Shown here piece after piece: positions 58,639 through 64,000 of a DNA stretch of 64,000 bases. Numbering within the stretch: position 1 is the first letter of the stretch; each line of letters starts with the position of its first letter. The DNA is from Thermoplasmatota archaeon (GTDB lineage Archaea; Thermoplasmatota; E2; DHVEG-1). The notes under the pieces were generated by a model. The model was given only the letters and a program-made list of their open reading frames with translations. It was not told where the DNA came from and made no database searches. A program made the position numbers and the translations under genes. The stretch lies in NCBI GenBank assembly GCA_029939595.1, contig JAOZSQ010000002.1, forward strand, positions 2,761 to 66,760. The letters are read 5' to 3'.

Positions 58639-59490
58639 TTACTTAGATGAAATATTCATGGTTTTTACCATGTTTTCAAGTGCACATGCAATAGTTACAG
58701 GTCCTACCCCACCTGGAACCGGAGTAATATATGAACATATTTCTTTAACCTTTTCAAGATCAACGTCTCCGGTTATTCCAGTATCTGTTTTAACAATAGA
58801 AACGTCAATTACTATTGCACCTTTTTTTACATGTTGATCTGTAATCAGACCGGGTATCCCTGCAGCAGTTACTATAATATCTGCTTGTTTTGTAAAAGAA
58901 ACAATATCTTTTGTAAAAACATGGCAAATTGAAACGGTGGCATTGCGCTGTAAAAATAATGCAGTTAATGGTTTCCCAACAATTGTGCTATGATTGATTA
59001 TTACTACATGTTTTCCCTTGACATTATAATGAATATCTTCAAGGATTTTAATAACTGCAAGAGGTGTACAGGGAACAAGATATTCATCACCCATCAATGT
59101 TTTTCCCATATTATATGGAGTTAACCCTTCTACATCTTTACATGGATTTAATGTTTCAAAGACCTTAGTTTTTGAAATATGATCTGGCAAGGGTAGTTGA
59201 ATTAGAATGCCTTGGATGGTCTTTTTTTGATTTTTTTCTTTTATAATATCAAGAAATTCTTTTTCTGTAATTTTAGAAGATATGTTGATTTGTTCTGTAT
59301 CAATGCCAACAAGATCACATGCTTTCTTCCTTAGATTCATATACATTTTAGATGGTTTATCGTCACCTACCATAATAGTACAGATTTTTGGTGAAATACC
59401 TGTTGTATCTGAAAATATCTTGACATCTTCAACAACTGATTTTTTAATCCTTCCCGCGATTTCTTTTCCATATATAATTTCAGCAGTCAT
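58639..59490 (-). CDS. folD: Bifunctional 5,10-methylene-tetrahydrofolate (or H4MPT-analog) dehydrogenase/cyclohydrolase FolD
   Basis: Motifs are ILIQLPLP, TPLAVIKILE and PVPGGVGPVT. The likely start is the Met of MTAEIIYGKE at 59490, because the track start at 59550 overlaps the upstream gene. Confidence 0.85.
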   Translation of the reverse strand: MTAEIIYGKEIAGRIKKSVVEDVKIFSDTTGISPKICTIMVGDDKPSKMYMNLRKKACDLVGIDTEQINISSKITEKEFLDIIKEKNQKKTIQGILIQLPLPDHISKTKVFETLNPCKDVEGLTPYNMGKTLMGDEYLVPCTPLAVIKILEDIHYNVKGKHVVIINHSTIVGKPLTALFLQRNATVSICHVFTKDIVSFTKQADIIVTAAGIPGLITDQHVKKGAIVIDVSIVKTDTGITGDVDLEKVKEICSYITPVPGGVGPVTIACALENMVKTMNISSK

Positions 59491-59524
59491 CTTACTTTCA
59501 CACCATTTATTTTTTTTGTAAGAA

Positions 59525-60331
59525 TTATCTAATTTTTTTTCCAATTGCATAAAATTGAGGGAAAAAATTTAGCTGTATTCCCATATCAAGAGATTTTAAA
59601 TAATGATATTCCCAATCGTCAATGTCTTTTTGGTTTAAACCAGCATTTTGCAATGCCCTAATATAAAAATCACGTGCATGTTGATAATATGCTTTATCTT
59701 CTTCACAGCTCCAAATACGATTATTTCCAATGCCTATCTCAGTTTTTAATCCAGCTTTTACAAAAAGAAAACGAAGTTTTCTACCAATATGTGGGTCTCC
59801 CCCTTTATCGATGATTGCTTGTCCTGCAAAAATTGGATCTACCTTTTGATTTTCTGGATAATGAAGTTTTCCACCATAATCTGGTTCGAGACTAGCAAGG
59901 ACCATTCCATTTTTTTTTGTGACTCTTGCCATTTCATTAACGACTTTTTGAGGTTGTTGTGCCCACATAAGTAGAAGATTACAGATTGTAATGTCAAAAC
60001 AGTTATCTTTGAATGGAAGTTTATCTGCAGATCCTACTTTAAGATTAACATTTTTATAATCGATTAAAACATGTTTTGCAACATCAATCATGTCTTTTGA
60101 TGCATCAATACCAGTTACGGTTCCTGGAGTTAAATTTGCGATATCTCGAGTGACAATACCAGATCCGCAACCTGCATCAAGAATCATGTTTGCATCTTTT
60201 ACACCAACTTTAAGATATAATGGAATACGCTCTTCTGCAGTTTCAATGGCTTGTAAATGAAGTTTTTGAACAAACTCTTGAAATTCATTATTTGAATCTT
60301 TCTTAAATCTTGATGGTTTTGATTGATTCAT
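59525..60331 (-). CDS. Class I SAM-dependent methyltransferase
   Basis: Motif I is ILDAGCGSGIVTRD. The acidic motif II is VTGIDAS. Confidence 0.7.
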   Translation of the reverse strand: MNQSKPSRFKKDSNNEFQEFVQKLHLQAIETAEERIPLYLKVGVKDANMILDAGCGSGIVTRDIANLTPGTVTGIDASKDMIDVAKHVLIDYKNVNLKVGSADKLPFKDNCFDITICNLLLMWAQQPQKVVNEMARVTKKNGMVLASLEPDYGGKLHYPENQKVDPIFAGQAIIDKGGDPHIGRKLRFLFVKAGLKTEIGIGNNRIWSCEEDKAYYQHARDFYIRALQNAGLNQKDIDDWEYHYLKSLDMGIQLNFFPQFYAIGKKIR

Positions 60332-60403
60332 AGTGGCACAAATGAACAGATGAAAAGATTCTTGTTCACATAAAGGTTTGTATCATCCTTACTGTTTAAA
60401 TAT

Positions 60404-61720
60404 TTGAATATAGATGCAATAGTTCATATGGAAATTATATTGCAAATAGCACTTGATCTTCTAAATGGTAATCGTGCGATTCGAATAGCTAAGGATGCAT
60501 TATCAGGGGGACCTGTATGGATTGAAGCAGGTACTCCATTGATTAAAAGTGAGGGAATGGAGATCATTCGTAAACTCCGGGAAGAATTTTCGGATACAGA
60601 GATCATTGCAGATTTAAAGACTATGGATACTGGATCTATTGAAACGGAGATGGCAGCAAAGGCCGGAGCATCAGTTGTCTGTATACTTGGTGTTTCTCAT
60701 GATGAAACTATCAAAGAAGCCGTGGAATCTGCAAAGAAATATGGAACAAAGATAATGGTTGATCTAATAGGAGTAAAAAATCCAATAGATCGAGCAAAAG
60801 AAATTGAATCATTTGGTGTTGATTTTATTTGTGTTCATATAGGAATAGACGAACAAATGAAGGGCATTACTCCATTACAGATAGTTAGAAATCTAGCAAA
60901 AGAAACATCTATTCCTGTTGCGGTTGCAGGCGGGATTAACTCTGAAAATGCTGCTGATATGATCAAGGCAGGAGCACATATCATTATTGTTGGTGGAGCA
61001 TTAACAAAAGCAAAGGATATCAAAAAAGCCACACAAGAAATGTTTCAAGCAATTCAAGAAAAAAAGAATATTCCAACTAGGTTGTTTAAAAAATATGATA
61101 ATTCATCATTGATACAAGCGTTTTCAATGGTGTCAACATCAAATATCTCAGATGCGATGCATAAAAAGGGTGCTATGAAAGATATTCATCCTGTAAAACG
61201 CGGATATCATATGGTAGGACAGGCATTAACTGTACTAACATTAGATGGGGATTGGGCAAAACCTGTTGAAGCAATTGATAAAGCAAAAAAAGGAAACATT
61301 CTAGTGATTGATGCATCCAGTGGACATACTGCTGTATGGGGTGAGCTTGCAACAAGGAGTGCAAAACAGAAGGGTTTATCGGGGGTTGTTATTGATGGAT
61401 CCGTTAGAGATATTGATGACTTATTAAAATTGGATTTACCTATTTATTCAAGATATCAAGTTCCAAATGCAGGAGAACCAAAAGGATTTGGTGAGATTGG
61501 TGCGGAAATCAAATGTGGAAATCAAGTAGTACAAACAGGAGATTGGATTGTAGGAGATGATTCAGGTGTTGTTGTAATTCCAAAAAATCAAGCTCAGGAA
61601 ATTGCAAACCGATCTCTTGATGTAAAAGAACATGAGAATCGTATTAGAGAAGAAATTAAGCAAGGTATGTCTCTAGGTTCTGTAATAAATCTAAAAAAAT
61701 GGGAGAAAAAAATTGGATGA
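60404..61720 (+). CDS. Fusion protein: 3-hexulose-6-phosphate synthase (OMPDC-fold HPS) N-terminal domain plus RraA/MenG-like C-terminal domain
   Basis: The N-terminal half is HPS-like: LQIALDLL...IEAGTPLIKSEG...DLKTMDTG...VHIGIDEQ...VAVAGGIN. The C-terminal half is RraA-like: DAMHKKGAM...GELATRSAKQKGLSGVVIDGSVRDIDD. Confidence 0.7.
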   Translation: MNIDAIVHMEIILQIALDLLNGNRAIRIAKDALSGGPVWIEAGTPLIKSEGMEIIRKLREEFSDTEIIADLKTMDTGSIETEMAAKAGASVVCILGVSHDETIKEAVESAKKYGTKIMVDLIGVKNPIDRAKEIESFGVDFICVHIGIDEQMKGITPLQIVRNLAKETSIPVAVAGGINSENAADMIKAGAHIIIVGGALTKAKDIKKATQEMFQAIQEKKNIPTRLFKKYDNSSLIQAFSMVSTSNISDAMHKKGAMKDIHPVKRGYHMVGQALTVLTLDGDWAKPVEAIDKAKKGNILVIDASSGHTAVWGELATRSAKQKGLSGVVIDGSVRDIDDLLKLDLPIYSRYQVPNAGEPKGFGEIGAEIKCGNQVVQTGDWIVGDDSGVVVIPKNQAQEIANRSLDVKEHENRIREEIKQGMSLGSVINLKKWEKKIG

Positions 61721-62703
61721 ACAAAGTAGTTTTTTTCAAAGATATAGAAAAACTTTCAGAGGCATTAAGTACTTTTGATATATCTAGGTTTAAGGATGAG
61801 TCTGTTCTTGTGAAACTTCATATGGGCGAGGTAAAAAACAAGTTTTTTATTCGGCCCAGTTTTGTAAGAGAAGTAGTTCAAGAATTATTACATGTTGGTG
61901 CTTCACCATTTTTGTATGATACCACGGTTCTATATAATAGCCCTAGGAAATTAGTTTCTGGATACAAAAAGGTTGCATCTTTACATGGTTTCAATAAAAG
62001 AAAGATTGGTTGCCCTGTTGAAATTGATGATGAAGGAATAGATGTTGAAATTGAGGGTAATAATTTTGAGGTAGGGAAAACCTTGCATTATCAATCTCAT
62101 ATTATCTGTCTTTCTCATGTGAAAGGTCATATTGCAACAGGCATGGGTGGAGCGATAAAAAATTTTGGAATGGGTGGAGTAACACGTAACACAAAAAAAA
62201 TGATACATGATGGATCAAAACCAGTATTTAAAAAAGAAGCTTGTAAATATTGTGGGGTTTGTGCTGAGGTTTGTCCGTTTAATGCCATAAAGGTTGAAAA
62301 TGATTCCTGGAAGGTAATTCCACGTTCTTGCTTTGGATGTGGTGTCTGTGTTGAAAACTGTCCACATGATGCTCTTTCATTTGTAAAGGATAATCTCCAA
62401 TATCTTCTTGCATGTTCTACCAAAGCATGTGTGGAAAAGAAACATGTTCTCTATATCAATGATATCAATCGTATTGCAGATAGCTGTGATTGTGATTCAT
62501 TTGCAAAAAACACTCTTTGTGAAGATATTGGGTACTGTGTTTCATTGGATCCTGTTGCGGTGGATCATGCATCATTAAAATTAATTGATGAAGTAAAAAA
62601 AGATGTGTTTCAGAAAACGCATCATGTAGATCCATATAAGCAAATACGATTTGGTGAACAGATTGGGCTTGGTTCAACGGAATACGAGCTCATAAAGCTT
62701 TAA
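61717..62703 (+). CDS. DUF362 domain protein with a 2x[4Fe-4S] ferredoxin insert
   Basis: Cys clusters are CKYCGVCAEVCP and CFGCGVCVENCP. The likely start is MNKVVFF, a 4-bp overlap with the upstream gene. Confidence 0.6.
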   Translation: MNKVVFFKDIEKLSEALSTFDISRFKDESVLVKLHMGEVKNKFFIRPSFVREVVQELLHVGASPFLYDTTVLYNSPRKLVSGYKKVASLHGFNKRKIGCPVEIDDEGIDVEIEGNNFEVGKTLHYQSHIICLSHVKGHIATGMGGAIKNFGMGGVTRNTKKMIHDGSKPVFKKEACKYCGVCAEVCPFNAIKVENDSWKVIPRSCFGCGVCVENCPHDALSFVKDNLQYLLACSTKACVEKKHVLYINDINRIADSCDCDSFAKNTLCEDIGYCVSLDPVAVDHASLKLIDEVKKDVFQKTHHVDPYKQIRFGEQIGLGSTEYELIKL

Positions 62704-62714
62704 TAACACTGTTT

Positions 62715-63245
62715 TTAAAGGAATTCAACATGGCCATCGTCAAGATGATACATGGCAGAGATGAGCTTTAAAGATCCATTTGCTATTGCATCTTGAATTG
62801 ATTTACTTCTTTTTGGAAGTAAAGTATGCTGACGAGTTAGATTTGCATTAACATGATTGCTTTCATCAAGGCAAAAACTATCCTGTATTTCTTTTAATAA
62901 TAAGCTTTCTGAACCCTGTGTTTCTTCTGCTGCTTTCACTGCTCCACAATGTGTATGACCTAGGATTATTAGATGAGAGATATTGAGATGATTTACTGCA
63001 TATTCAAGACTAGCAATTACTGTTTCATCAATTGAAATGTTTCCTGCGATTCTAACAACAAAAAGATCTCCAACAGATGAATTAAAAATAAGCTCGGGTA
63101 TGACCCGAGAATCCGCACAAGTAAGAACGGCAATCTTAGGTGATTGCCCTTCTACATGTTGTGCAAAGATATCTTTGTATTCTTGTTGATATTGTTTGTT
63201 TTTCTCTTGCAACTGTTCAATGAGTTCATCGGTTTGAGTTTGCAT
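62715..63245 (-). CDS. Beta-class carbonic anhydrase
   Basis: Zinc ligand motifs are CADSRV and GHTHCGAV. Size is 176 aa. Confidence 0.75.
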   Translation of the reverse strand: MQTQTDELIEQLQEKNKQYQQEYKDIFAQHVEGQSPKIAVLTCADSRVIPELIFNSSVGDLFVVRIAGNISIDETVIASLEYAVNHLNISHLIILGHTHCGAVKAAEETQGSESLLLKEIQDSFCLDESNHVNANLTRQHTLLPKRSKSIQDAIANGSLKLISAMYHLDDGHVEFL

Positions 63246-63268
63246 ATTTATTTGCCTTTCATTTTTGT

Positions 63269-64000
63269 TTAGTTGTTGATTTTTGGTTTATATATAAAAC
63301 CAATAAATGCTGCGATGAAACACATTAATGCTGCAGGAATAAATGCATAAGAGAAACTTAATCCCGCATCTTGAATGATTCCTGCTAGAAGTGTGGGTCC
63401 AACAATTCCACCAATGGCATATGATGTGAAAACAAAACCATAATTCAAACCAACATTCTCTGCACCAAATGAATCCGCAGTTGCTGCTGGAAATAATGCA
63501 AAGTTTCCACCAAAGTTAAACCCAATTAATGCTGCTGCAATATAGAAAAATATTGGATTTCCAGTTGTAAAAAAGAAAACTGCCATCATGATACCTTGGA
63601 AGATAAACATGGCTATCAATGCATTTTTCCTTCCGATATTATCTGAAATCTTACCCCATACAATTCTTCCAAGTCCATTGAAAATTGGAAGGCATACTGC
63701 TGCACCAATAACTGCAAAATCTAATGCTTCTTGTGCTGTAAAGCCATATCTTTGAAATCCTTCTGTTGCATTATTGGCAAAGTTTGCAATGTTTCCAATA
63801 ACCATTAATCCAGCAAGAGCACCTATTAGAAACATGCCCCAAAGCATATAGAATTGCTTTGTTCTTAGCATTTCTTTTGGTAGGAGAGCTATTTCTTTTT
63901 TTGTTTTCCCAGATTTATCTTTTTTTTCAACAGGGTTCCATCCTTTAGGTTTCCATCCTTGAGGTGGATTTCTCATAACAAGAGATCCAATTACTACAAG
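63269..64000 (-). CDS. MFS transporter (oxalate/formate antiporter-like), C-terminal half; the gene continues past the window end
   Basis: Six TM helices follow a hydrophilic central-loop-like segment. The minus-strand reading frame is open to position 64000. Confidence 0.5.
   Translation of the reverse strand, partial: LVVIGSLVMRNPPQGWKPKGWNPVEKKDKSGKTKKEIALLPKEMLRTKQFYMLWGMFLIGALAGLMVIGNIANFANNATEGFQRYGFTAQEALDFAVIGAAVCLPIFNGLGRIVWGKISDNIGRKNALIAMFIFQGIMMAVFFFTTGNPIFFYIAAALIGFNFGGNFALFPAATADSFGAENVGLNYGFVFTSYAIGGIVGPTLLAGIIQDAGLSFSYAFIPAALMCFIAAFIGFIYKPKINN

Overview
This is a 64 kb AT-rich window (about 30% G+C by eye) that reads as an archaeal chromosome segment. Housekeeping genes sit at both ends and a long accessory region lies between them.

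The 5' end (1-9.2 kb) carries a pilus/archaellum-type assembly locus: two tandem FlaI/PilB-family ATPases followed by a FlaJ/TadC-like membrane protein on the minus strand. It also carries tRNA-Arg(TCG), a PiT phosphate permease with its DUF47/PhoU-like partner, a SepF-like division protein, a PUA-domain protein, and an Sm-like gene followed by an unlisted rpl37e gene.

The 3' end (50-64 kb) carries a DUF89 phosphatase, Elp3, an ABC-2 exporter pair, FolD, a SAM methyltransferase, a hexulose-6-phosphate synthase fused to an RraA-like domain, a DUF362/ferredoxin protein, a beta-carbonic anhydrase and a partial MFS transporter.

The middle (9-50 kb) is dominated by signal-peptide-bearing proteins:
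- five clan-CD (gingipain/C25-like) cysteine peptidases, three of them in tandem;
- two papain-like C1 peptidases, a beta-lactamase-fold serine hydrolase and a transglutaminase-like protein;
- parallel beta-helix (NosD/CASH-like) proteins, including a 1347-aa giant;
- PKD-domain proteins, a BNR/Asp-box paralog pair and a 1234-aa protein with PPC-like domains;
- an MMPL/RND exporter.

The most notable finding is that four catalytically unrelated secreted enzymes, and a fifth weaker case, end in the same divergent PKD-like domain followed by a basic patch and an aromatic amphipathic tail. No recognisable sortase is encoded nearby, so this is a candidate uncharacterised surface-sorting or anchoring signal.

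Other non-standard features are a ~230-bp upstream element present three times (one orphan copy), an in-frame tandem repeat in a K/S-rich extension of one ATPase, and gene-conversion-like identity tracts between the two ATPase paralogs. No transposase, integrase, CRISPR array or rRNA was seen.
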